Assembly: GCA_965205865.1 (NCBI GenBank)
Contig: CBDBHR010000027.1
Span: 1-64,000, forward strand
Origin: a bacterium
GTDB taxonomy: Bacteria; SAR324; NAC60-12
Direction: 5' to 3'
DNA: 64,000 nucleotides
Under the pieces are notes generated by a model. It saw nothing but the letters and a program-made list of their open reading frames with translations, was not told the DNA's origin and did no database searches. The translations under genes and the position numbers were made by a program. This document shows positions 31,959-41,705 of this stretch, piece after piece (within the stretch, counting starts at the first letter, position 1; each line of letters starts with the position of its first letter).

Positions 31959-33243
31959 ATTGCAATGCCGCTGCCGGTTGGATGCGCACGGCTTTCCAGG
32001 CGGGAATGAGAGTTACCAGAAAACAAATGGCAAACGAGGTCAAGGCGATCACTCCGATTTCCGGCCATTCTATCGAGACAGGAATGCGATTGCCGCCGGG
32101 ATAGACTCCCGGAGGGATCTCCACGATATTGAAATTGAGCAGCACCCAACAAATTGACAATCCCAGCAATAAACCAAAGAAGGTTCCGAACACGCCGATC
32201 ATCACGCCCTGCAACATGAAGATGGAAAGTACACTGCGGTCGGTCGCCCCCAACGACTTGAGGATGGCGATTTCCTTTGTTTTCTCCAGAACCAGCATCG
32301 TCAGCGAACTGATGATATTGAATGCTGCCACCAGGACGATGAGAGCCAGCACGATGAAGAGGGCCAGTTTTTCAAGTTTCATCAATTGAAAAATACTTTT
32401 ATTTTCACTGGCCCAGTCGTTGACGATGTAGAGCTTCAAGTCCTCTTGTAACTCGGCAGCGACTCGGGTCGCCTCGACCGGATCGGCAATACTCACTCCA
32501 ATCCCCGTAACGCGCTCGCCCATGTTGTAAATCTTCTGCGCCAGCCGATAGTCCACAAAGGCCAGCACTTCATCGTAACCGGAGATTCCTGATTCGAAAA
32601 TGCCGATCACCTCCAGTATTTTTGCCCGAGGGACATCGCCCACAGGCGTCATACGAGTTTCCGAGGAAATGAGTTTTACCGTATCCCCGAGGATCACCCC
32701 CAGTCCCTGTGCCAGGGAAGCGCCTAAAATAACACCGTCACTTTTCTTCGCGTCACCGGAGCGTTCATATGACAAACGGGAAAGGATGTCCCGCGCAATA
32801 CCTTGCTGTTCTTCAAGGGAAGGCGGTTCCGGAGGGTAGATTTCCTGACGCAGGAAAGAGGCGATTTCAGTCACTTGGAATTCGCGTTCCGGATCGATGC
32901 CTCGAATCAAAGCACCTTTGGGGAGTTCATCGCCAATGATCATCGCCTGCTGGTAGATATGAGGGGCGGTATGCCGCACTTCGGAATGCCGCATGATGCG
33001 TTCTTGCAGTTTTTCGATTTCCGTTGCCCCTCCACGCACTCCGAAGACGGTCACATGAGGCAGTGAGCCGGTAATGGCTTTGCGCAGGTTATCACGGAAT
33101 CCATTCATCAGAGACGTCGAAACAATCAGAGCCACCACGCCGATCATCACTCCGCATATCGATATCCAGGTGATAACGGAAATCGAACGGTCTTTACGCC
33201 GGGATAGCAAGTAGCGCAGTCCAATATATATTTCATAACGCAT
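31951..33243 (-). CDS. Lipoprotein-releasing ABC transporter permease LolC/E
   Basis: IGLRYL..ISVITWIS..GVVALIV..MNGF, VAAFNIISSL..EKTKEIAILKSLGA, PAAALQYE. Confidence 0.92.
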   Translation of the reverse strand: MRYEIYIGLRYLLSRRKDRSISVITWISICGVMIGVVALIVSTSLMNGFRDNLRKAITGSLPHVTVFGVRGGATEIEKLQERIMRHSEVRHTAPHIYQQAMIIGDELPKGALIRGIDPEREFQVTEIASFLRQEIYPPEPPSLEEQQGIARDILSRLSYERSGDAKKSDGVILGASLAQGLGVILGDTVKLISSETRMTPVGDVPRAKILEVIGIFESGISGYDEVLAFVDYRLAQKIYNMGERVTGIGVSIADPVEATRVAAELQEDLKLYIVNDWASENKSIFQLMKLEKLALFIVLALIVLVAAFNIISSLTMLVLEKTKEIAILKSLGATDRSVLSIFMLQGVMIGVFGTFFGLLLGLSICWVLLNFNIVEIPPGVYPGGNRIPVSIEWPEIGVIALTSFAICFLVTLIPAWKAVRIQPAAALQYE

Positions 33244-33257
33244 GAAACAGCTCAATT

Positions 33258-33436
33258 ACGGATGGAAGGCTCAGTGTCCCCCTCACCCTGGCCCTCTCCC
33301 TCAAGGGGAGAGGGAAGAACGGATGGAAGGCTCAGTGTCCCCCTCACCCTGGCCCTCTCCCTCAAGGGGAGAGGGAAGAACGGATGGAAGGCTCAGTGTC
33401 CCCCTCACCCTGGCCCTCTCCCTCAAGGGGAGAGGG
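33258..33436. repeat. Tandem array, about 3 x 61 bp, each with hairpin CCCTCTCCC-tcaag-GGGAGAGGG
   Basis: Units start at 33258, 33319 and 33380 and are identical; the third contains the alaS stop. Confidence 0.95.
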
Positions 33437-36263
33437 GAGAGTTGATATGGCGCGCCTGCAAATATTGTTCGATCAGGGATGGTGCCTGGCGCAGGGCGTC
33501 TGCCAGTTTTCCCGGAGATTTTGCGCCTGCCTGGGCCAGGTGTGGTTTGCCACCCCCTCGTCCGTCAGCCAGCGCGGCCACGAGATTGATCACCTCTCCC
33601 GCTTTGACTTTCCGGGAAACCAGGTGGTCGGAAACGACGCACAAGAAGGAAACTTTCCCGTTCAGCTCGGCCGCCAGCACCGCCAGCCCCGGATCGAGCT
33701 GCTTCCGTAACGAATCTCCAAGGCTTTTGAAGGCGTCCATGGAATCGATTTCCACTTTTGAAACCACCACCTGCACCCCGGCAACGGCATGAGCTTGTTT
33801 GAGCAGATGACCCGCGCCTCCTGCGGCAGATGCTTTTTTCAAGGCCAGCAGTTCTTTTTCCAATTGACGCTTCTCTTCGAGCATCTGATGGACCAGGGAT
33901 GCCATTTCCCCGGTAGAGACGTTGAGCAATCGACGCAGGTGATGGATGGCTTTTCCTTCTTCGCGGGCCATGCGTTCCGATTCCGGGCCGGTAACCGCCA
34001 CAATGCGGCGGATTCCTGACGCAATACTCGCTTCTGACAAAATGCGAAATTGGCCGATTTCCCCGGTCGCTCTCACGTGGCATCCGCCGCACAGTTCCGA
34101 AGAATAGTCAGCCGCCTGCACGACCCGCACCCGGTCGTCATATTTTTCTCCAAAAAGGGCAATAATTCCACTGGCAATGGCTTGATCGTATTCGGTTTCA
34201 TAAATATCGAGGGGGATATTTTCCCTGATTTTTTGATTGATCAACCCTTCGATCTCCAGCGCTTGTAGTTCGCTTAGTTTTTCAAAATGCGTGAAATCGA
34301 ATCGTAGATAATCCGGATGTACCACCGAGCCGGCTTGATTGACGTGGCTGCCCAAGACCCCTCTCAAAGCCGAGTGTAACAAATGCGTGGCGGTGTGATT
34401 GTAGGTTGTCGTCAAGCGCAGTTTCCTGTCGACTTCGGCCTTCATCGGACTTTCCGAGGGGGATGAATTGCCTTCCACGATATGAACAATCGCGTCTCCA
34501 TCCTTTTGGACGTCGACCACGGTCCATTGTTTTTCCCACGCTGTTGTTGGATCGATGGAGTGGGAACCCTCAATTGCGAATTGGCAGGCTCGGTCTCCCC
34601 CCTCACCCTGGCCCTCTCCCTCCGGGGGAGAGGGAACTTTATTGATTGAGTGGGAATCCTCTCTCGTATCAGCTCCTTGTTGCCTCAGCCAGCCATGATC
34701 GGCCACTTGTCCTCCTGCTTCGGCATAGAATGGGCTTTGATCCAAAATTATCAACCACTGCCCCTGCTCATTGCGAGCGTACCTGCGTATGGTAGAAATG
34801 GTGGTATGCGCGTGGTAACCCACAAAGCGAGAATGGGGACCTTCACTGACAATCCGCCAATTTTCAATAGTCGATTTGAATCTTGCAGCCTCTCGAGCCC
34901 GGGTACGCTGTTGTTCCATGCATTGTTCAAAGCCTGCTTCATCGATGGAATAGTGACGCTCCTCACAAAGCAGACGTGTCAAATCAATTGGAAATCCATA
35001 GGTGTCGTACAAGCGGAAAACGTCTTCTCCGCATAGCCGGTGATTGGTCCGGGTTTCGGGCTGTTGCATCATCTGCTCGAAGATTTCCAAACCCCGGTCC
35101 AGGGTCTGACCAAAACTTTCTTCTTCCGCCTGTATGACTCCGGATACGTGTTTTTCCTGCGCTGCAATTTCCGGGAATGATCCTCCCATATACTGCGCGA
35201 GGTGAGGAACGAGCAGGTGCAGGAAAGGTTCTCTCATTCCAAGCGTACGGCCATAGCGGGTCGCTCGCCGCAACATGCGCCGCAACACGTACCCTCGTCC
35301 TTCGTTGGAAGGAATGGCGCCATCGGCAATCGCAAAGGTCAGGGAGCGCAGATGGTCAGCGATCACTCGAAATGCGACACCGACTTCACCGTCCGCGTAT
35401 GACTTGCCGGTCGTCTGGGAAATCGCCTCCAGAAGCGGCGTGAACAGATCGGTATCATAGTTCGAATCCACCTTTTGCAAAACCCGGCAAATGCGTTCCA
35501 GTCCCATCCCGGTGTCGACGTGTTTGGCCGGCAATTTTTCCAGAATTCCGCAAGCGTCCCGGTTGTATTGTATGAAAACCAGATTCCACAATTCGACAAA
35601 ACGCCAGCAGCCTTCCACGTTGACGGCGCACCGGTGTTCCCCGGAAAGGGGACAGGCGCCTTCTCCCAAGTCGATATGAATTTCGGAGCAGGGGCCACAA
35701 GGACCCGTTTCGCCCATTTCCCAGAAATTATCCTTTTTGTTGCAGCGTAAAATCTGCTCATGACGAACGTCCGTGCAAGATTTCCACAAATCCTCGGCCT
35801 CCAGGTCCGGCTCCAGATTCTCTTTGGCATTCCCTTCCCCCATTGTTGTCTGATCGACTCGGCGGGAACCCTCGAATACCGTGGCCCATAATTTATCCGC
35901 GGGCAATCCCCATCGATCAACCATCAACTCCCAGGCCCAGCGGATTGCATCTTCCTTGAAATATTCTCCGAAGGACCAGTTGCCCAGCATCTCGAAAAAA
36001 GTATGGTGAAAATTATCGTGTCCCACGTCTTCCAAGTCATTGTGCTTGCCACTGGCGCGGATGCATTTCTGGGAATTGACGGCCCGCTTGTAATCACGAG
36101 CGCCTGTTTCCAGGAAAATATCCTTGAACTGATTCATGCCGGCATTGGTGAACAAAAGAGTCGGATCATCCACCGGCACCACCGGCGAACTGCGCACGAA
36201 GCGGTGTCCTTTGGATTCAAAGAATGAAATGAATTCCTGTCGGATTTGTTGGGACGTCTTCAT
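33423..36263 (-). CDS. alaS: Alanine-tRNA ligase with in-frame repeat-derived insertion
   Basis: DPTLLFTNAGMNQFK, HHTFFEMLGNWSFG, HTATHLLH, ELCGGCH, GGGKPHLAQAG. Confidence 0.97.
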   Translation of the reverse strand: MKTSQQIRQEFISFFESKGHRFVRSSPVVPVDDPTLLFTNAGMNQFKDIFLETGARDYKRAVNSQKCIRASGKHNDLEDVGHDNFHHTFFEMLGNWSFGEYFKEDAIRWAWELMVDRWGLPADKLWATVFEGSRRVDQTTMGEGNAKENLEPDLEAEDLWKSCTDVRHEQILRCNKKDNFWEMGETGPCGPCSEIHIDLGEGACPLSGEHRCAVNVEGCWRFVELWNLVFIQYNRDACGILEKLPAKHVDTGMGLERICRVLQKVDSNYDTDLFTPLLEAISQTTGKSYADGEVGVAFRVIADHLRSLTFAIADGAIPSNEGRGYVLRRMLRRATRYGRTLGMREPFLHLLVPHLAQYMGGSFPEIAAQEKHVSGVIQAEEESFGQTLDRGLEIFEQMMQQPETRTNHRLCGEDVFRLYDTYGFPIDLTRLLCEERHYSIDEAGFEQCMEQQRTRAREAARFKSTIENWRIVSEGPHSRFVGYHAHTTISTIRRYARNEQGQWLIILDQSPFYAEAGGQVADHGWLRQQGADTREDSHSINKVPSPPEGEGQGEGGDRACQFAIEGSHSIDPTTAWEKQWTVVDVQKDGDAIVHIVEGNSSPSESPMKAEVDRKLRLTTTYNHTATHLLHSALRGVLGSHVNQAGSVVHPDYLRFDFTHFEKLSELQALEIEGLINQKIRENIPLDIYETEYDQAIASGIIALFGEKYDDRVRVVQAADYSSELCGGCHVRATGEIGQFRILSEASIASGIRRIVAVTGPESERMAREEGKAIHHLRRLLNVSTGEMASLVHQMLEEKRQLEKELLALKKASAAGGAGHLLKQAHAVAGVQVVVSKVEIDSMDAFKSLGDSLRKQLDPGLAVLAAELNGKVSFLCVVSDHLVSRKVKAGEVINLVAALADGRGGGKPHLAQAGAKSPGKLADALRQAPSLIEQYLQARHINSPLSP
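34554..34661. repeat. Hairpin element inside alaS, flanked by 18-bp imperfect direct repeats
   Basis: ccctcaccctggccctctccc-tccgg-gggagaggg between gatggagtgggaaccctc and gattgagtgggaatcctc. Confidence 0.85.
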
Positions 36264-36457
36264 TGATTACCCTTTGACGAAGCCTGAAAAAAGCCTTCTT
36301 ACCAAGTAACTCGGTTTTGCTTCATCCATTCTTTCATTTCCTCACCGAGAGGAATCAATCCTCCCTTTTTCGCTCTGAGCGGATTCTCCGCTCCCATCGA
36401 CTCTACTTCGGCATTGCGCAATTTGCAATGCCAGCATGTTTTGCCGGACTATTCGGA

Positions 36458-37549
36458 TCAGCCCTTTTCCCGGGCAAACTCTTCCATGAAGGCTACCAGG
36501 GCTTCGATCCCTTCCATCGGCATGGCATTGTAGATCGACGCCCTCACTCCTCCCACGATTCGATGTCCTTTGAGGGCAAACAACCCATGCAGGGCTGCTT
36601 CTTTGAGAAAGATTTGAAGCAATTTCTCGCTACGCAAGTGGAAAGTAACATTCATCAAGGAACGGTGATCCGCATGGGCAGGCGGTTTATAGAAATCCGA
36701 AGAGTCAAGGACCTGATACAGGCGAGCCGCTTTTTTCCGATTGAGGGCTTCAATGACGGAGATTCCACCTTGTTTTTCCATCCATTTCAGAACCAAGTGG
36801 GCAATGTAAATTCCAATGGTGTTGGCAGTATTGAGGAGGGAATTGCTTTCGGCGATTTCTTTATAATTGAGAAGCATTGGTGTTTCAGGCAAGGCATGTT
36901 CCAACAAATCTTCCCGTACGATCACGATAGCCACTCCGGGAGGTCCCAGGTTTTTCTGCAGACTGGCATAAGTCACTCCGAACTGAGAAAAATCGACGAC
37001 GCGACAAAGAATGTCGGAAGTCGCGTCAACTACCAGAGGTAAATTTCCTGTTTTCGGGAAAGCCTTCCACTGAGTTCCCATTATCGTGTTGTTCGACGTG
37101 ATATGGATATAGGAAGCTGCGGGATCCAGGTGGGTCGCATCGATCGGGGGAATCCGGTCATACGCCGTCCCGGCGCTGCTGGCGATTGTTTGGATTTTTC
37201 CATATCGCTTCGCTTCCTCAATTGCCTGCTTTGAAAAAAAACCACTTTCCACGTAAAGGGCTTTTTTCCGCGAGGATCGCGCAATCAAATTCAGCGGAAC
37301 CGCTGAAAATTGCATTCTCCCACCTCCGTGGAGAAAAATGACCTTGTAGTGCTCCGGGAGGTTTGTCAGTCTTCGAAATATGCGAATGCTTTCATCCACT
37401 ATATTTTCAAACTCTTTAGAGCGATGACCGAGCTCTGCAATCGAGACGCCCAGACCTTGAAAATCCAAAAATTCCGCCTGTACTTGTTCCATGACCGGCC
37501 TTGGTAGCATGGTCGGTCCGGCTCCAAAGTTAAAAATACGTTGTGTCAT
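36458..37549 (-). CDS. serC: Phosphoserine aminotransferase
   Basis: FNFGAGP, NNTIMGT, ASLQKNLGPPG, LKGHRIVGGVRASIYNAM. Confidence 0.95.
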   Translation of the reverse strand: MTQRIFNFGAGPTMLPRPVMEQVQAEFLDFQGLGVSIAELGHRSKEFENIVDESIRIFRRLTNLPEHYKVIFLHGGGRMQFSAVPLNLIARSSRKKALYVESGFFSKQAIEEAKRYGKIQTIASSAGTAYDRIPPIDATHLDPAASYIHITSNNTIMGTQWKAFPKTGNLPLVVDATSDILCRVVDFSQFGVTYASLQKNLGPPGVAIVIVREDLLEHALPETPMLLNYKEIAESNSLLNTANTIGIYIAHLVLKWMEKQGGISVIEALNRKKAARLYQVLDSSDFYKPPAHADHRSLMNVTFHLRSEKLLQIFLKEAALHGLFALKGHRIVGGVRASIYNAMPMEGIEALVAFMEEFAREKG

Positions 37550-37702
37550 TGACTGCTAATCGAATGAGGGTCGTTTATCTTACAAGGTTTTGAAAGAGGG
37601 TTGAAAAATGAATACTCGAGGATCCTTGACTTCAGAACAATCCAGTCAAAAACTCCGGCCAGGAAAAAGCGCTTTCAGGCATATTTGGCGTCCTGTTATT
37701 TT

Positions 37703-38317
37703 TCAAGATCCTGGTGCTGGAGGAATCCTCATCCGTTCGATTGTTGTGACAATCACTTTTGTGGCGTGATCGAATTCCAAATTAACAGAATGTCGGACTT
37801 CTTTAAAGCCCAAAGTAGTGCGCGCCAGGGTTTCAGGGATCAAGCAGACAGAGAAATGATCTGCTGCGACGGAAACGACTGTCAAGCTGATGCCATCCAC
37901 GGCAATCCATCCTTTGGGGATCATGTATTTGTGCCATCGTGGATCATGGTGAATGAAAACTTCTCGATTATTGGCAGTGGCGTGAATATCCAGAATAGTA
38001 CCGGTCGCGTCCACGTGTCCCATCAGATGATGGCCGCCGATTTCATCACCGACCCGACAAGAGCGTTCGACGTTTACCAGGTCTCCAGGTTTCAATATGC
38101 CGACATTGGTGCAGTTGAGCGTTTCCTGAATGACATCGAATGTCGCCACTCCGTCCCGGAGGGCGACCGTGGTTAAGCAAGTGCCATTGATGGCAACGCT
38201 GGCGCCGACCTCGAGTTCTCGACTGAAGTCATCCAGGGCAATGACCAACTGCCTTCTTCCATTTTTTTCCACCACCGATTCTACGGGGCGTAAGCCTTTC
38301 ACGATTCCGGTAAACAT
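37703..38317 (-). CDS. ribC: Riboflavin synthase
   Basis: MFTGIV, GASVAINGTCLT, GGHHLMGHVD, KGWIAVDGISLT. Confidence 0.95.
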   Translation of the reverse strand: MFTGIVKGLRPVESVVEKNGRRQLVIALDDFSRELEVGASVAINGTCLTTVALRDGVATFDVIQETLNCTNVGILKPGDLVNVERSCRVGDEIGGHHLMGHVDATGTILDIHATANNREVFIHHDPRWHKYMIPKGWIAVDGISLTVVSVAADHFSVCLIPETLARTTLGFKEVRHSVNLEFDHATKVIVTTIERMRIPPAPGS

Positions 38318-38578
38318 GCTTCAAAGTCTCATTTTTATGCTGAATCCGAATCCCCCATGCGGCCATGATGACAATGATAAGGGATAAAACAGGGTGGACA
38401 TGGATACTATCACAGGTAATCTTGCAGGACAATTCCTCCTTTGCAGAGATATGGATCTCGATATTGGACACTGCCGGATTTTACGATCCAATATGCTGGT
38501 AGACAGGAGCTGCCACCTCTGATAATTTATGTTGAATTCGCATGAATGCTCTTCTTGAATTTTATTTCGAGTGCCAAG

Positions 38579-40447
38579 ATGATCCCTTCCGCTTCCACTG
38601 TCGAAAAAAGAATCTCCAAATTGCTGCAAAAGCTCGAGCAGCATGAAATTGACGTCTATCTCGTGCCTTCCATGGATGAACATCTCAACGAGTTTGTTCC
38701 GCAATACAAGCAACGTCTGAAAGCAATAACCGGTTTTTCCGGCTCCGCGGGTACGGCGTTGTTCCGTCGTTGCGGAAAACATCAGCTTTTCGTGGACTCT
38801 CGTTACCACCTGCAAGCCGGGCATGAGGTTGCTGAAGATTGGTTTGTCGCGCAAAAGTTGGGATTGGAGGGAGTGCCCACTGTCGAACAATGGCTGGTCC
38901 GGGAGGCAAATCGCCAGCAGTCATTGAAAATTGGTTTTGATCCATTCACGATGAGCCCGAAAACTTACCGCCTTTATCTGAAAAATCTGAAATCCTCAGA
39001 TTCTCGATTGATCCCCATCATACCAAATCTGATCGACCAGGTATGGGAAGATCGACCGCAGGCGCCTTGCCAACCCTTTTATCTCCTCGATCTCAGTTGG
39101 ACTGGTGAGACGACGGCAGGCAAGCTGGAGCGTATCCGGGAAAAAATGCATGAATGTGGCGTACAGGCGCTGGTGCTCACCAAACTGGATGAAATCGCCT
39201 GGATCACGAACTCGAGAGGAAACGATATCGACTGCAATCCCGTTTTTGAAGCTTATTGCGTGATCGATTTGAATCAGGCCTTTTGTTTTACACTGGCAGA
39301 AGTTACGCCAGAGGTTCAACGGTCCATGAGCAACTGCTTCCAATTCAAGCCCTATGCGGCATACGAAGAGCATCTGCAATCATTGTCCAACCTTAAAATC
39401 TGGCTCGACCCTGCCAGTACTACGATGGGTACTTATCTGGCGCTTCATAAAAAAGGTCAAACTCACCAGGAAAGGGCTGGGTCTCAATATGAGAGAGAGA
39501 ATCCCGTCGTACTGATGAAAGCCTTGAAAAATCATACGGAAATCAAACAAATCCGCAAAGCCCACCATTATGCCGCCTGTGGAAAAATTCGCAGCTTCGT
39601 CAAACTCTATGAGCAGTTGGACCGAGGCGTATTCGTCAGTGAACGAAGCTACGCCGAGTCCCTCTACCAAGAATACAGCCGGCAAGAAGGATTTGTGGAC
39701 TTGAGTTTTCCCACCATCGCCGGGTTTGCCGAAAACAGCGCCATCGTGCATTATTCCAATCCCAGCGCTGAAAAACAGTTGATGGGGAGAAATATGTTGT
39801 TGGTAGACTCGGGCATCCAGATTGCGGGTGGCACGACGGACGATACGCGCACCCTGGCCATTGGTGAACCAACTGCCCGGCAAAAAACGATTTATACCAG
39901 AGTTTTGCAGTCCCACATCCGGTTGGCGCTTCAAAAATTTCCCGCAGGTACCCATGGCGCTTCTCTGGATGCCGTGGCCCGTTCTCCGCTATGGAATGAA
40001 GGAATGGACTATGGCCACGGCACGGGCCACGGCGTGGGAGCTTTTCTCAACGTCCACGAAGGACCACACAACATTTCCCCACTTTCACATAACGTTGATC
40101 TTCGTGCAGGCATGATAGTCTCCAACGAACCGGGTTATTATGAAACCGGTTGGGGTGGTGTTCGCTTGGAAAATCTCTATGTAGTGGTACCTTGCGATGA
40201 GCTTCCCCCCCATCCGGGAGGTAAATCCTGGTTGCAGTTTGATTCTTTGACCATGATCCCCTTCGACCGGCGGCTCATCGATCCTCGTTTGCTGCAAGAG
40301 GATGAACGGCGGTGGCTGCAGGATTACCACCAGAGGGTTTGGGATGAAATCTCCAGCTATCTGCAAGGTAGGGATCTGGAATGGCTGAAAGAGGCATGTC
40401 AACCTATTAAAAAATACCCCTCCCCTGGAGGGAGGGGTCGGGGGTGA
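38579..40447 (+). CDS. Aminopeptidase P (M24B) family
   Basis: DEHLNE, GFSGSAG, VDSG..GTTDDTRT, HGTGHGVG..VHEGP, SNEPGYY. Confidence 0.92.
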   Translation: MIPSASTVEKRISKLLQKLEQHEIDVYLVPSMDEHLNEFVPQYKQRLKAITGFSGSAGTALFRRCGKHQLFVDSRYHLQAGHEVAEDWFVAQKLGLEGVPTVEQWLVREANRQQSLKIGFDPFTMSPKTYRLYLKNLKSSDSRLIPIIPNLIDQVWEDRPQAPCQPFYLLDLSWTGETTAGKLERIREKMHECGVQALVLTKLDEIAWITNSRGNDIDCNPVFEAYCVIDLNQAFCFTLAEVTPEVQRSMSNCFQFKPYAAYEEHLQSLSNLKIWLDPASTTMGTYLALHKKGQTHQERAGSQYERENPVVLMKALKNHTEIKQIRKAHHYAACGKIRSFVKLYEQLDRGVFVSERSYAESLYQEYSRQEGFVDLSFPTIAGFAENSAIVHYSNPSAEKQLMGRNMLLVDSGIQIAGGTTDDTRTLAIGEPTARQKTIYTRVLQSHIRLALQKFPAGTHGASLDAVARSPLWNEGMDYGHGTGHGVGAFLNVHEGPHNISPLSHNVDLRAGMIVSNEPGYYETGWGGVRLENLYVVVPCDELPPHPGGKSWLQFDSLTMIPFDRRLIDPRLLQEDERRWLQDYHQRVWDEISSYLQGRDLEWLKEACQPIKKYPSPGGRGRG

Positions 40448-40465
40448 GGTGTCGCGGGGAGGGGG
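40418..40465. repeat. G/C hairpin element overlapping the aminopeptidase stop
   Basis: ccctccc-ctgga-gggagggg-tcgggggtgagg, the same core as in the pgi insert. Confidence 0.75.
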
Positions 40466-40503
40466 AAAAAATCTATAAATGAAAGGCATTCCAGGTATAA
40501 TCA

Positions 40504-41357
40504 ATGAAATTTTACAAATACCATGCCCTCGGCAATGATTATCTCGTTTTGGATCCGGCCGACCTCCCCAACCCTTTGAAACCTGAACAAATCCAACGAA
40601 TTTGCCACCGGCATTTTGGTATCGGTTCCGATGGGATTCTCGTCGGTCGTCCTGAATCGATTGCAGGTGAATTTTCCTTGAGAATTTTCAATCCTGATGG
40701 CAGCGAAGCTGAAAAAAGCGGTAATGGCCTGCGTATTTTTGCCCGCTACCTATGGGACCGGGGACTGGTCGGGGAGTCTCCTTTCACCATCCTGACTGCC
40801 GGGGGAAAGGTTATTGCGACCGTTGATGAAAATGGTCACGAAATTACGGTCGAGATGGGAAAAGTCAGTTTCGAGAGCAAATCGATTCCGGTTACGGGTC
40901 CCTCCCGGGAAGTGATCGATGAAACAATGCGGATCGAAGGCAAAGACTTCAAATATTGCGCGGTAAGTATCGGCAATCCACACTGCGTTCTTGCGCGTAA
41001 AGTTCTTTCAGAAGCAGAAACGCGGCACTATGGACCTCTGCTGGAAAATGCGCCATGTTTTCCCAGGCGCACCAATGTCCAATTCATGCGGATTCTGATC
41101 GCAGTAACATCCAAATTCAAATATGGGAGCGTGGCGCAGGATACACGCTTGCTTCAGGTAGCAGCAGTTGCGCGGCGGCGGCAGTTGCTTATAAACTGGG
41201 ATTGTGTGATTCCCCAATCCACGTTCACATGCCTGGCGGGATCATTGATATTGCGATTTCATCCGATTTCCTCATCACCATGACCGGACCCGTCACTCGA
41301 GTCGCAAAAGGTTCACTTTCCTCTGAAATCATTTCGGAATTTCCTGGTTTATCCTGA
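40504..41357 (+). CDS. dapF: Diaminopimelate epimerase, one-base frameshift near 41097 (possible sequencing error)
   Basis: KYHALGNDY, GIGSDG, SGNGLR, IGNPHCV, then WERGAGYTLASGS in a second frame. Confidence 0.9.
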
Positions 41358-41597
41358 GTTCGAGATAAGAATTTAATAAATTCAATATGTTATGGAATCT
41401 TCATATCTTAGAGAAACCTTGTCATTCCTGCGAGATCCCTGCGTACGCAGGGAAGGAATCCGGAGGTATGCAGCCAGACTGAAATCCGGATCCCCGCTCC
41501 CCGCTTTCGCGAGGACAAGTTTCGCGGGGACAAGTTTCGCGAGGATGACATATACACCAGGATACTCATATTATTGAAGATTTATGTCGAACTCAGG
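41353..41597 (-). mobile_element. MITE copy B (inverted copy of 12781-12979) with extra nested palindromes
   Basis: Same TIR and body; the TIR contains the dapF TGA. Confidence 0.85.
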
Positions 41598-41705
41598 TTT
41601 ATTATCAAACTGAGACACTACCTTTCAGCCAATTTTATTGAAATGGGGGATCACAAACGATATGGTAAATTTTATATAGCTTTTACAGTTTAAGGATAAA
41701 TTTTC

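Noticed and set aside
33258-33436. 61-bp periodic palindromic repeat as a CRISPR array
   Set aside because: Units are identical end to end, with no unique spacers and no cas genes in the window
38320-38560. FMN riboswitch upstream of riboflavin synthase (and cobalamin riboswitch upstream of cobQ)
   Set aside because: No consensus riboswitch motifs recognisable by eye; an Rfam scan would be needed to exclude them
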